Origin: Arenicellales bacterium
GTDB lineage: Bacteria; Pseudomonadota; Gammaproteobacteria; Arenicellales; UBA868
Direction: 5' to 3'
NCBI GenBank assembly: GCA_028825345.1
Contig: JAPKAJ010000001.1
Span: 1 to 35,909, forward strand
DNA: 35,909 bases
How positions within the stretch are numbered: position 1 is the stretch's first letter; every line of letters begins with the position of its first letter. Below are positions 1 to 9,763 of this stretch, piece by piece. Below the pieces are notes generated by a model. That model was not told the origin of the DNA. It saw only the letters and a program-made list of their open reading frames with translations, and ran no database searches. The position numbers and the translations under genes were made by a program.

Positions 1-109
1 CGAGACCCGGAATTATTCCGGAGTCGGCGACCAACGTCGTAACGCGTTTTTTCACGTCCGCGCGTAAACGCTTGGCCATTGTTTTCCCGTCTATAACTGT
101 TGCGACCAT
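1..109 (-). CDS. folD: Bifunctional methylenetetrahydrofolate dehydrogenase/cyclohydrolase, 5' end (runs off window)
   Basis: Hand translation from ATG at 109 gives MVATVIDGKTMAKRLRADVKKRVTTLVADSGIIPGL, matching the FolD N-terminal pattern (A.IIDGK..A..LR...V..L....PGL). Not in the ORF track because it is partial. Confidence 0.88.
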   Translation of the reverse strand, partial: MVATVIDGKTMAKRLRADVKKRVTTLVADSGIIPGL

Positions 110-181
110 CGGGCGAGCGGTGCTTCCGCGTTCTGCCAAGGCGTTATTACCTTACCACTGGGAATTTATGCACACTTGAAA

Positions 182-931
182 TCACCGAGTTTTAAAGTGA
201 GGGCGACGCACCTTTTTGTTCGGCCAGTTCGTGGATGGTCGGTTTCTAGCGATAGAGCGATTGGTTTCGCGGATTATGCTGATGTTATCTCGCACCCAGG
301 TCAGCGCCAGGATCTGGTCGCGGAAACCGTTGGACGCCGATCCTGCCAGGGCGTCGTCGTACTTTGACAGATCAAGAAAACCAAAAACGCCGAGCCGATA
401 ATTGACGGTAACAATCACCACGTCGCCCTGGGCAGCAAGAATAGAACCGTCATGTTCATTGCCGGACCCGATGTAGTAAGCGCCCCCGTGAATCCAGAAC
501 AACACCGGCCGGGCGCGACCGTCCGCTGCAGGTGTGTAGATGTCCACAACCAGGCAGTCCTCACTGTATGTCGCTGACGACGACCCTAGACCGGGGATTT
601 TGGGTTGCATTGCGCGATTACCCGGCCGCGTGGCATCCAGCGTGCCCGACCAGGGTCCACGAAGTTCCGGTGCCTTGAAGCGGCGTTCACCGACGGGAGG
701 CTTTGCGTAGGGAACGCCCCGGTAGATCTGGATATCGTTTTCCGACTTTCCGACAATGGCGCCAAGCCGTGTCGTTATCGTGGTCATCGCAGGGACTTCC
801 TGTTCCTGGCGCACACCACCCACGACTTCCACCGCTACCACTGGCACCGATACCATAATGGCTGTCAACAAACCTGCAAGAAATCCTCGTTGTTTACCGG
901 TCCTGTTGCTTTCTGCATCTGCTTTGATCAC
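182..931 (-). pseudogene. 3'-truncated type-B carboxylesterase with a signal-peptide-like N-terminal extension
   Basis: From ATG at 787 (MTTITTRLG) to about 278 (DQILALTWVRDNI) it is nearly identical to the start of 11073..12545. It then runs into unrelated sequence and stops before the GESAG nucleophile motif, so the whole catalytic triad is missing. Upstream GTG at 931 has a GGAG RBS and adds a hydrophobic stretch (GFLAGLLTAIMVSVPVVA). Confidence 0.85.
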
Positions 932-962
932 AAATTTCTCCCATGGTCACGTCGCTTCCAAT

Positions 963-987
963 ACTGAATAGTGAATCAATATTCAAA
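963..987. promoter_or_regulatory. Palindromic operator copy 1 with overlapping leftward sigma70-like promoter
   Basis: ACTGAATAGTGA-A-TCAATATTCAAA, 3 mismatches to the consensus palindrome. Minus strand: TTGTGA (996-991), 17 bp, CACTAT (973-968). Confidence 0.75.
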
Positions 988-1091
988 TTATCACAAACGA
1001 TTTTTCAGGGGCTTAGCTTATGGTAGCAAGATGGTTGAATCGAAATTGTGGGATTCCATTTCGCACGTTCTTTGAGGTGATGTCGTCATGC

Positions 1092-2588
1092 CTAAAGATC
1101 ACCCCATCGCGTGCGATTCTGGACATCAAGTTCTGCACCGACAATATAGCTCGGTAAATCCAGCACCAGCGATTGTCGCTCAGTCTCATTGTACGCTGGC
1201 CATTGCGGCAGGCCACCGCCGTTGGGGTTGCCGCTGCGAGCAAAATTGATCAGCGTCTGTGACCAGGCTTGGGCCAGCGCCTGAATTTCCGGGTCCTCCC
1301 TGTCGTGCATGACCAACCCGAGACCTTCTTTGCTGGCGTAGCTGTTGAACGTGAAACTCATCTCGGCACCGTGCGCCGCGCCTAGCTTGCCGTCCATGGC
1401 GTTGCTGGGCACATCGAATCGGTATAACCAACCACCCACGCCAGCAGTTGTTGCTGCTTCAACATTCTTGATGGCGGCACGCCGGAATGAGTCAGTCAAT
1501 ATGTACCCATAGAGGGTTCTGGGGTCGTCGTTGGGGTATTGCTGTTGCAACGTGGCCAGGTAATCCCTGGGATCTTCATCTTCTATCACCCTGCGCGCCG
1601 CTGCGGTCGCCACAGGTCCGAATACATCATTACCGCGATTCGGGTCATCGGGCATCAGCATCGAGAATGCGCTGCCTTCATCGCGATTGGAGCCCGCGAA
1701 GTAAGGTATCCCCGCAGACTTACTTTGAGCGAAAGCCTCGGGTCGTGTTCGGGTCACCACCGTACCGTCTATGCAGGCGCCCACGCGAGCCCCGAGCGTC
1801 TGTTGTGCCTGAAAAATTTGTGGACCCTGCATCGAAGCCAGCTTAGCTGGCAGATCCTGGGTGGCAACCTTGAGCTGCTTCGCCAGTAGCGGTGCCACGT
1901 CGGCCGGTGGTGTTGTTGGCGAGGTACCGCTGTGTGAAATTGCTTTGTGGTAAAGGCCGTCGGCAGCCGGTGCCGCCAGTAAACAGTTGACTGACGAGCC
2001 TCCGGCGGAACAGCCAAAGATGGTCACGTTTCCTGCATCGCCGCCGTAGTCGCCTATGTTGTCGCGTACCCACTCAAGCGCAAGGATCTGATCGCTAATA
2101 CCGTTGGAGGCAGATCCTTGATACTGATCACCATAGGCAGACATGTCCATGAAGCCGAGCAGACCCACGCGGTAGTTGATCGTCACCACTACCACGTCGC
2201 CTTGCCCGGCCAGCACGTCGCCGTAATGCTCAGAACCCGAACCGGTACTGAACCCGCCGCCATGTATCCAAACCATGACCGGTCGTTTACCCGCTGAGGC
2301 GGGGGTGTATATGTTCAGGAACAGGCAGTCTTCGTCGTAGGTTTCGCTAGCGACATCACGCCGGGAAAGTATGGCGAATAATTCGTTTCCCGTAGGGACC
2401 GGTTGTAACGATCGATTACCGGCGGTGCTGGCATCAAATGTGCCAGTCCAACCGCCTGACGGTTGTGCAGCCTGAAAGCGCAGATTGCCCGCAGTCGCTG
2501 CGCCGAAGCGGATGCCATGGAACATGTGGATGTCTTCGTCGCGGATGCCTTCGATGGCGCCCAGGCGGGTATTGAAACGAGTTTTCAT
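1092..2588 (-). CDS. Type-B carboxylesterase (COesterase/PnbA-like)
   Basis: EDCLFLNIYTP, WIHGGG oxyanion motif, GCSAG nucleophile, NRDEG acid, GAAHGAE His. Start chosen at MKTRFNTRLG by alignment with paralog starts; 2597 or 2648 are possible. Confidence 0.9.
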   Translation of the reverse strand: MKTRFNTRLGAIEGIRDEDIHMFHGIRFGAATAGNLRFQAAQPSGGWTGTFDASTAGNRSLQPVPTGNELFAILSRRDVASETYDEDCLFLNIYTPASAGKRPVMVWIHGGGFSTGSGSEHYGDVLAGQGDVVVVTINYRVGLLGFMDMSAYGDQYQGSASNGISDQILALEWVRDNIGDYGGDAGNVTIFGCSAGGSSVNCLLAAPAADGLYHKAISHSGTSPTTPPADVAPLLAKQLKVATQDLPAKLASMQGPQIFQAQQTLGARVGACIDGTVVTRTRPEAFAQSKSAGIPYFAGSNRDEGSAFSMLMPDDPNRGNDVFGPVATAAARRVIEDEDPRDYLATLQQQYPNDDPRTLYGYILTDSFRRAAIKNVEAATTAGVGGWLYRFDVPSNAMDGKLGAAHGAEMSFTFNSYASKEGLGLVMHDREDPEIQALAQAWSQTLINFARSGNPNGGGLPQWPAYNETERQSLVLDLPSYIVGAELDVQNRTRWGDL

Positions 2589-2787
2589 TGCTGTCATACC
2601 AGTACCAACGTTGCTCTGGGGATAAGAAGAATCGTAGTCGACTCCCATGCTACAGAATCGGAATCAGCTATGTCACCGGAATTTTAACTCACTCTACCTA
2701 AACCCAATTTTTCCTCTTCCCATTGCCTTCAAAAACCGTGTAATGTCGCTTCTTTCTCCACCATCATTCTTGCAAACAGGAGCGCCA

Positions 2788-4155
2788 ATGAAAGCCCTGG
2801 TCGAAGGCCCGATCACCGGCGGAACCAGAGGCCGACCGTTCGCCGCGTCCACGCTCGATTTCGAGAAGCTGGGTTATGAGGAAGAGGAATATTTGCTGTC
2901 TGGCACCGCGGCCGGTTTTCACGACCTTGATGATTCCTTCTCCCGACGCGATGGACTTTGGACGGTTGAACCAGCAGCACAATCTGAATACTGCACACGT
3001 CTACTTGTCTACCGCCCAAAAGATCCAAAGGCATTCAATGGAACCGTTGTACTACTGTGGAACAACGTCACTGCGGGCTACGATCTCTTCGGTGCAGACA
3101 GCCTCGAACTATTTGAAAACGGATCTGCACTCGCCTGCCTGACCATTCAGAAGGCGGGTATCGAAGGACTGCCGCCTCTCAAGCAGGGGCTGGCCCAGTG
3201 GGACCCTGACCGGTACGGCACATTATCAATTGCCTCTGATGACTACTCCTACGACATATTTACACAAGCAGCGCGCACGCTTGGACCAAACCGCGACACC
3301 CCAATCGACCCCGTGGGAGGGTTGCACGTTAAGCACGTCATCGCTCAAGGCGCTTCCCAATCTGCTAGCCGCCTGGCAACTTATATCAATGCAATCCAAC
3401 CTATCGAAAAGGTGTTGGACGGATTCATTCTTTCAATATATTTCGGTCAGGGAGCACCCATAGAGGTCTTTGATGCAGTGGTAAACATCAATACGTCAGG
3501 CGATAAAATTTCTGACAACCTGCTCCTGGGACGCAATGTGATTCGCGATGATCTGGGGATCCCAATATTCATTGTGAACTCTGAATTGGAGGCCATAGCT
3601 TGCTACAACGTAAGACAACCCGACACGAAAACATTCCGATACTGGGAATCTGCCGGTACCAGCCACACGTCCCGTCAAGGGCGTGAAAAACGCCGGCAAC
3701 TGTTTGAGCGAGATCAAATTGTCGGTCGTTTGATTGAACCTTGCGTAAACGAAATTCCGATGGGCCTGCTTTACGAAGCTGTCTTTCATCACATGCAGCA
3801 GTGGGTTGCGCAAGACATTGAGCCACCGATCCAACCGAAAATTAAATTCTCCGGTAATCCGCCAGAAATCGTCCGAGACGATCACGGCATTGCAGTCGGT
3901 GGTATCCGATTGCCCCAGGTGGACGTGCCAGTGGCGACTAACAGTGCTGTACCACTGGCAGCTGATCTGATCGCCTTGCTGGGTGGGTCTTGTTTTGCGT
4001 TCGATGCTGAAAAAATCAAATCACTTTACGGCGACAGGGCGACCTTTATTGCTCAGTTTGAAGCTGCTGCTGAAAATGCGGTGAGAAACGGCGTACTGCG
4101 CCCAAGAGATGTACCCGAACTGGTAGCCGAAGCTGAACTAAACTGGCCCGGATAG
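2788..4155 (+). CDS. Alpha/beta hydrolase domain protein (Abhydrolase_10-like)
   Basis: AGGAG RBS then ATG at 2788. Family-typical GYEEEEY, FNGTVVLLWNNVTAG, GASQSA nucleophile-elbow motif, AGTSH and RDDHGIAVGGIRLP. Confidence 0.8.
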   Translation: MKALVEGPITGGTRGRPFAASTLDFEKLGYEEEEYLLSGTAAGFHDLDDSFSRRDGLWTVEPAAQSEYCTRLLVYRPKDPKAFNGTVVLLWNNVTAGYDLFGADSLELFENGSALACLTIQKAGIEGLPPLKQGLAQWDPDRYGTLSIASDDYSYDIFTQAARTLGPNRDTPIDPVGGLHVKHVIAQGASQSASRLATYINAIQPIEKVLDGFILSIYFGQGAPIEVFDAVVNINTSGDKISDNLLLGRNVIRDDLGIPIFIVNSELEAIACYNVRQPDTKTFRYWESAGTSHTSRQGREKRRQLFERDQIVGRLIEPCVNEIPMGLLYEAVFHHMQQWVAQDIEPPIQPKIKFSGNPPEIVRDDHGIAVGGIRLPQVDVPVATNSAVPLAADLIALLGGSCFAFDAEKIKSLYGDRATFIAQFEAAAENAVRNGVLRPRDVPELVAEAELNWPG

Positions 4156-4201
4156 TCGGCCTCCATCTGCACTCAGCCCAACCATAACGATCCTCCAGAG
4201 T

Positions 4202-4606
4202 TTACGCGGGGCGAAATACAGGGATGACGCCACCATCGGGAAACTGTTCAAACGTCACCTGCACTGCCATGCCGGCCTTGGCGTCCGCGGGATCGCAGTC
4301 CACCAGGTTGCTCGGCATACGCACGCCCTCCTTCAGGTCGATCCAGGCGAGGATCAGCGGCAGCCGCCCCTCGTGACGGGGATGATAGACGCGGTGCAGG
4401 CGCGCATGACTGTAGACGGAGCCGCGGCCCGACACTGCACGCCAGGCAAGATCCGTGCTGCCGCAATGCTGGCAGCGCTGCTTCACCGGATACATCCATC
4501 CATTGCAGTCAATGCAACACTGCATGCGCAGCTCACCGGCGCGCGCCCCTTCAAAAAATGGTTCGTTATTTTCGTCGGGCTCCGGCAGCCATGTCGCTTC
4601 AGTCAT
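4202..4606 (-). CDS. DUF35-type Zn-ribbon/OB-fold protein (ChsH2 C-terminal-like)
   Basis: CxxC...CxxC Zn ribbon (CIDC, CQHC), GRGSVYS, GMAVQVTF. Lies directly downstream of a thiolase-fold gene, the canonical pairing. Confidence 0.9.
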   Translation of the reverse strand: MTEATWLPEPDENNEPFFEGARAGELRMQCCIDCNGWMYPVKQRCQHCGSTDLAWRAVSGRGSVYSHARLHRVYHPRHEGRLPLILAWIDLKEGVRMPSNLVDCDPADAKAGMAVQVTFEQFPDGGVIPVFRPA

Positions 4607-4617
4607 CGTTCGTCTCC

Positions 4618-5784
4618 TCAGGCCGCTTCCGGCGACAGTACCAGGGTTGAGTGATAGGCCAACACGCCGCCGTTGCCGGACACCATGATAAGGTCGTTAG
4701 GCGCCTGGCGCTCGCCACCCTGACCGCGCCCCTGGATCACGGCTTCCGAAACCGGTGTCATGCCCCACATATAGAACGACGACAGCTCTCCGCCGCCCGT
4801 GTTGGTAGGCAGGCCGCCGCCGGGACCGAGTTGGCCATCGGCGACAAACGATCCGCCCTCGCCTTTTTCGCAGAAGCCATAATCTTCCAGCGTGACGATC
4901 ACCGTATAGGTGTAGCAATCGTAGATCTGGCACTGACTGACGTCGCTAACTTTGGCACCGGCCATGGCCAGCGCGCGCGGAGCTGATTGCGCACCGGCCG
5001 TATGAATGTACGGATCGTGATCCGCCTGACCTGTGTCGTGGTTGTGACTCTGGGAAAACCCGCGGATGTACACCGGCGGCTGCTTGAGGTCCCGGGCACG
5101 TTCCGCTGACGTAACAATAACGGCCACACCACCGTTGGAGACCAGGCAGCAGTCGAGAACATGGAACGGTTCTACCACCCAGGGCGACGCGTTGTAACCA
5201 TCCAGGTCCAGTGGCTCCCTTTTGCTGGCACGCGGATTCATGGCGGCCCACTGACGTTGGGAGATGGCCACGGCAGCGAGTTGCTCCTGAGTGGTACCGA
5301 ACAAGTCCATGTGGCGTTGAGCTGCCATGGCATACCTGGGCAGAGCGCCGATAATGCCGTAAACGGGCTCAAGCGATGCCATAGCATTGGGCGGTCCGGA
5401 TCTTGCGTACGACACCGCGCCGCTACGTTGGTTTTCCTTCAACGGTGAATCCGCGAACACGCAACACACAGTGGTTGCTAGCCCGTTTGCCACAGCCATA
5501 GCGGCATACTGAATCATCTGCCCTGCACTGGAGCCGTAACCCTGCATGTAGGTCAGCAGGTTCAATTGCTTGAGGCCCAGGGTCATATGCAGGGGCACAC
5601 CGACCCCCTCACCTATACCGGCATTAACCAGCAGTCCGTCCAGATCGGATTTCTGCAGCCCCGCATCTTCCAGCGCCAGGAATACGGCCTCGGCAGCCAG
5701 GTCTTCGGCGTCCCGATAGACGCGACCCATCTCGGTGATGCCTAGGCCAGTGATGGCGACCGCGCTGTTCATTGGATGTTTCAT
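4618..5784 (-). CDS. SCP2/Ltp2-type thiolase-fold protein, probably a non-thiolytic (aldolase-like) member
   Basis: VAITGLG, LDCCLVSNGGVA, IYDCYT, NTGGGELSSFYMWG. No Cys at the usual N-terminal nucleophile position (QGYGSSAG) and no GHP motif. Confidence 0.85.
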   Translation of the reverse strand: MKHPMNSAVAITGLGITEMGRVYRDAEDLAAEAVFLALEDAGLQKSDLDGLLVNAGIGEGVGVPLHMTLGLKQLNLLTYMQGYGSSAGQMIQYAAMAVANGLATTVCCVFADSPLKENQRSGAVSYARSGPPNAMASLEPVYGIIGALPRYAMAAQRHMDLFGTTQEQLAAVAISQRQWAAMNPRASKREPLDLDGYNASPWVVEPFHVLDCCLVSNGGVAVIVTSAERARDLKQPPVYIRGFSQSHNHDTGQADHDPYIHTAGAQSAPRALAMAGAKVSDVSQCQIYDCYTYTVIVTLEDYGFCEKGEGGSFVADGQLGPGGGLPTNTGGGELSSFYMWGMTPVSEAVIQGRGQGGERQAPNDLIMVSGNGGVLAYHSTLVLSPEAA

Positions 5785-5823
5785 GATAGCTGACTCCTAA
5801 ATGACGGGACTGGCCCGGCAGCG

Positions 5824-7416
5824 CTAGACAAGTTCACTAGCCACCAGCAACTCGATGCAGTCCTTTTCGATGGGTTTCTCCGAGATGGTTTTGGGAATCT
5901 CAATTAGCGCCTGGAAGATCTCCGGAACATCGTTGCGCTCCAGGTGCTCGCGGCAGTAGTCGAGCAGTTGCCCGCTGTCGTAGCCAGTCGGATCAGCGGG
6001 CACAACAGCCGCCACCAGGGTTTTCTCTCCCGCGACGTTGCTTTCCTTGGCCACCCCATAGACAAACACATCTGCCACCAGGGGCGATCCCATGAGTACA
6101 GTTTCCACCAGTGTGGTGTTGACGAAATCCCCATTGCGTCGCACGCCGCCGCCAACCCGGTGGTGGAAGTAAAACCAGCCATTGTCATCCTTGTGGCCCA
6201 GGTCACCCATATGAAGCCAGCCATTGCGAACCTTATCGGAAGAGGCCTTGGTATTCTTGTAGTACTGGACAATGATCGGGCTGTTGTCCTCTTTGCGGAA
6301 ACAGATTTCACCCTCTACATTAGCTGCGCAGACAGCGCCGTGATCGTCGAGAATTTCAGCGACCCAGCCGCTGATCGGCTTGCCAATACTGCCCACTGGG
6401 CCTGTGCCGGGGGGGTTGCGCATAGCGCCGCCTTCGGTGGCTCCATAGACCTCGGTCAACTTCAGACCGAACCGCTTTTCAAACTTTTCCCACAGATGGG
6501 CAGGCATGCCGGCACTCTGGACGACGCGTATCGGATTGTCGGCGTCGTCTGGCTTTTCCGGCATCGCATAGATTTCGGGGATCATCCCCCCCAACAAGTT
6601 AAACGTGGTGCAACCATAGCGGCGAGTAATGTCCCACAATCGAGTCTTGGTGAACTTGCGGCTGATGACACAGCAAAGCTCCTGTCCAAGGGCGCCAGCC
6701 ATCGTGCCCTGGGCGTTGATATGCGTGAGGGAAAGGCCGGTGTAGTACCTGTCGCTGCTAGTAATAAAACCAGCAGAAAGGGGGCCTAGGGTAATACCCA
6801 TGTACTTGCGGTGTGTGAAATGTACGGCTTTGGGATTGCCAGTCGTACCGGAGGTAAACATCATAAACATAGTATCGTCCGGGTCCTGCTCCGCCAAAGC
6901 CAGCGGCTCCCCCGCCGCTTGGAGGAGATCAGAAAAGAGGATGGCGGGTAATGGTGTCCGCGGCGCGAGGGGAAGGTCTGCCGTGGACACCACCACCAGC
7001 CATTTGAACTCAGGACAGTTCGCCACTACCGACAGCAATGACGGTAGCGCGTAGTCGGCGCATATCGCGCCCTGGCATTCGGTGAATTCGAGCATGTAAC
7101 TGAGTTTGGCGCCCATGGTGCGAGGGTCGATGGGAACTAGCGCAGCGCCAAGGATTCCACTGGCCACCATCGTCTCCACAAACTCCGGATGATTGTTCAT
7201 CATCACCGCCAGCTTGTCCCCCTGGCTGACACCCAGATCATTCAGGCCCCGCGCCAGCGCCTGACCGTGATCGAAGAGCTGCCGGTAGGTTCGGGTCTCG
7301 TCCTCCAGTTGACCATCAGTGCCCACAGTGACAAACGTAAGAATCGCAAGGTCGGGGTTTGTCTGGGCTTTGTCCGTAATCAGCGCGGCCAGGTTGGTAT
7401 GGGCGGGACCGTTCAT
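5824..7416 (-). CDS. Acyl-CoA ligase (ANL superfamily, CaiC-like)
   Basis: FTSGTTGNPK AMP-binding loop, YGATEG, GWLHMGDLG, PKTISEK. ATG at 7416 overlaps the upstream TGA (ATGA), so the ORF-track start at 7602 is too long. Confidence 0.9.
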   Translation of the reverse strand: MNGPAHTNLAALITDKAQTNPDLAILTFVTVGTDGQLEDETRTYRQLFDHGQALARGLNDLGVSQGDKLAVMMNNHPEFVETMVASGILGAALVPIDPRTMGAKLSYMLEFTECQGAICADYALPSLLSVVANCPEFKWLVVVSTADLPLAPRTPLPAILFSDLLQAAGEPLALAEQDPDDTMFMMFTSGTTGNPKAVHFTHRKYMGITLGPLSAGFITSSDRYYTGLSLTHINAQGTMAGALGQELCCVISRKFTKTRLWDITRRYGCTTFNLLGGMIPEIYAMPEKPDDADNPIRVVQSAGMPAHLWEKFEKRFGLKLTEVYGATEGGAMRNPPGTGPVGSIGKPISGWVAEILDDHGAVCAANVEGEICFRKEDNSPIIVQYYKNTKASSDKVRNGWLHMGDLGHKDDNGWFYFHHRVGGGVRRNGDFVNTTLVETVLMGSPLVADVFVYGVAKESNVAGEKTLVAAVVPADPTGYDSGQLLDYCREHLERNDVPEIFQALIEIPKTISEKPIEKDCIELLVASELV

Positions 7417-8189
7417 TGGCGGGTATCTCCCGTTGCTTTGAGCTCGCCCATGCCCCAGGCAATACCTCTGCGCAGCAGTTCGTAATACACGGGCGAATTC
7501 CAGGAACCCCGCACCACGGGAATAATGTCCCTGATCGGTTTCATATCGTGCTTGCCCGCGCAGTGGCCCAAAGACAGATACAGCACCTCGCCCTCTCCCC
7601 AAGGGTGCACATACATCTGCGGGTGGCTGTCGCGATCGGTGCCATAGTCGGACCGTGCATAGCCGCTCGAAGGCTCGTTGTAGGAGGCCTCGAGTAATAC
7701 CAGCTGTTCTCCCAATTTTTCACAGTAATAGGGTTCTTCATCTTCCACTTCGAAGTCTGATATGCCTGCGGTCAGTGGGTGCTCAATATCACTGACCCGA
7801 ACAGTGAATTTTTGGTTGGCAGGATGAGCAATAAATCGGCTACCTAACAACTTCATAAAGTCGGGGGCAAGATCTGGCGTCTCCGCCTTGCGGCCTTCTA
7901 CGATCTCCAGGATGGCATTTGTCGCGTGCAGCGCGAACCATCTACCGCCGGCTTCAAGAAACTCTGCCAACGCAACCTGCTCTTCGGCTGTGGGACGAAG
8001 GTCACACGTATAAGTAATCAGCAGCTGGCACTGCTTAATGGTTTCCGTATCACCGAAATTTCCTGCTACATGCGTGTGAATATCTGCGTTTTCCGCAAGC
8101 ACCTTGAGCAGCTCGAGCCTGGCAAAATTGGTATTGTGATAACGGGCGTTGCAAACCAGATATACATTGTTGGGATGAGTCTGTTGCAT
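7413..8189 (-). CDS. ThuA-like domain protein (class I glutamine amidotransferase-like fold)
   Basis: GGRWFALHATN, HPLTAGISDFEVEDE.PY and GEVLYLSLGH patterns; AAGGAG RBS. Confidence 0.8.
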   Translation of the reverse strand: MQQTHPNNVYLVCNARYHNTNFARLELLKVLAENADIHTHVAGNFGDTETIKQCQLLITYTCDLRPTAEEQVALAEFLEAGGRWFALHATNAILEIVEGRKAETPDLAPDFMKLLGSRFIAHPANQKFTVRVSDIEHPLTAGISDFEVEDEEPYYCEKLGEQLVLLEASYNEPSSGYARSDYGTDRDSHPQMYVHPWGEGEVLYLSLGHCAGKHDMKPIRDIIPVVRGSWNSPVYYELLRRGIAWGMGELKATGDTRQ

Positions 8190-8233
8190 TGGCTAGTTCT
8201 CTCCTTCTTGCAGTCGCGTCATGTCCAGCATTT

Positions 8234-9763
8234 CTACATGCTCCCGATCGCGGGGTCATCTGCCCATAGTTCATTGATCTCGTGATCGGGGTCCAGTAGC
8301 AAAGACGGTTCAGTCGAAAATCTCATGGTTGCGGGTAAGTCCCGGCTATAGACGGGCCATTCTGGCAGCCCCGATGATGACGGCGCGCCTTCTCGTGCAA
8401 AACTCAACCAGGCATCCATGGTTCTGGCGGACAGCACATCCGCTTCTCGTCCTTCAACAAAAAATCCGGCCGAACCATTTTTATCGTACGTTCCCCAGTT
8501 GAAACCAAGTTCTACCGCATGACACGCACCCACGACGCCTTCCATCAGCGGCGACGGCCAATCAAACAGATAGGAATAGGTCACGGCGTGTTCAGACTGC
8601 GCTTCAAGCAATCGCAGCGCAGGAATCCTGAAAACCTGGTCCGTCATAAATGCGGCCAGTACATCCACGGGCAATGAAGCCTTGTGGCGTGACTGCAGCC
8701 ATTCCCGATATTTAGCGATGACTTTATCCGCTGTATCAGGAAAGAAGGCCGCTACCTCTGCCTGCAGCTGTTGCTCATTCATATTGACCCGGGCAGGATC
8801 AATCACGGCAAACAGTCGCCACTCTTCCCTGCACGTACCAGTCATTACGGCAACACCAGCAGCTGATCCTTTCCGCACAAGGTTAATTGGCATCTCAGGT
8901 ATGACTGTTCCGTCAACATTCGGCCGAAATGCGCCCATGCCAGGCAGATTTTTGCCAACGGCAGCTTTGGCAAAATTCACCTGTAACTCACTAAATGCAG
9001 AGACTGGCAGTGCCAGAAGCGCTGAAGGATCAAAGGTACCAAGCAGCTCCAGCGCCAGCTCTGCCACCTGAAGTCCCTTCTCTGGCGAATTGGCGGAATG
9101 GCAGGCACCGCTCTGGGGAATCGCCTTGTGAAAAAGCCCTTTCGCTGCGGGCATCGCCATGAGGCAACCCACGGACATGCCACCTGCACTTTCCCCAAAA
9201 ATAGTGATGTTTGCAGGATCCCCGCCGAAGACGGAAATGTTATCACGGGTCCATTCGAGTGCCGCCACCTGGTCAAGCAGCCCCTCATTTCCTGTGGCCG
9301 GGATCTTGCCCCCTGTAAGCGCTTTCAGGTTCAAAAAACCGAGAGCGCCCATACGATAGTTGATGGTCACTACCACAACATCACCACGATCTGCGAGGTG
9401 CTGGCCGTCATAGATGGGCTGTGATCCCGACCCCATCGTAAACCCACCACCATGAATCCAGAACATTACCGGTCGTTTGCCCGCGGTTGCGGGAGTCCAT
9501 ATATTGAGGAAGAGACAATCTTCAGCCTGCTCGGGCGGTGTGTCGGCTTGTCCCATAAGCCAGTCAAGCATGCTTGAGTCTTGCGGTGCCTCAGCACCAA
9601 ATTTTGATGCATCCCGAACACCATCCCAACCAGGGTGCGGCTGCGGTGCCTGCCATCGCAGGTCTCCTACGGGCGGTGCGGCAAATGGTATGCCACGAAA
9701 TACCTTAAGCTGGTTTTCCTGCGTACCTTTAATTTTTCCAAGTGTGGTCGTTACTACGGTCAT
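8234..9763 (-). CDS. Type-B carboxylesterase (PnbA-like)
   Basis: FRGIPFAAPPVGDLRW, EDCLFLNIWTP, WIHGGG, GESAG, REEW, GACHAVE. ATGA overlap with the upstream amidohydrolase. Confidence 0.93.
   Translation of the reverse strand: MTVVTTTLGKIKGTQENQLKVFRGIPFAAPPVGDLRWQAPQPHPGWDGVRDASKFGAEAPQDSSMLDWLMGQADTPPEQAEDCLFLNIWTPATAGKRPVMFWIHGGGFTMGSGSQPIYDGQHLADRGDVVVVTINYRMGALGFLNLKALTGGKIPATGNEGLLDQVAALEWTRDNISVFGGDPANITIFGESAGGMSVGCLMAMPAAKGLFHKAIPQSGACHSANSPEKGLQVAELALELLGTFDPSALLALPVSAFSELQVNFAKAAVGKNLPGMGAFRPNVDGTVIPEMPINLVRKGSAAGVAVMTGTCREEWRLFAVIDPARVNMNEQQLQAEVAAFFPDTADKVIAKYREWLQSRHKASLPVDVLAAFMTDQVFRIPALRLLEAQSEHAVTYSYLFDWPSPLMEGVVGACHAVELGFNWGTYDKNGSAGFFVEGREADVLSARTMDAWLSFAREGAPSSSGLPEWPVYSRDLPATMRFSTEPSLLLDPDHEINELWADDPAIGSM

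Noticed and set aside
110-181. Possible tRNA next to folD
   Set aside because: No cloverleaf, T-loop GTTCRA or CCA end on either strand.
2589-2787. A sixth operator in the divergent esterase / alpha-beta hydrolase intergenic region
   Set aside because: No match to the palindrome or its 10-mer boxes was found by eye.
4202-7416. Calling the region a steroid degradation cluster with gene symbols such as ltp2 or caiC
   Set aside because: The resemblance is at family level only, and no steroid ring-degradation genes are recognisable in the window.
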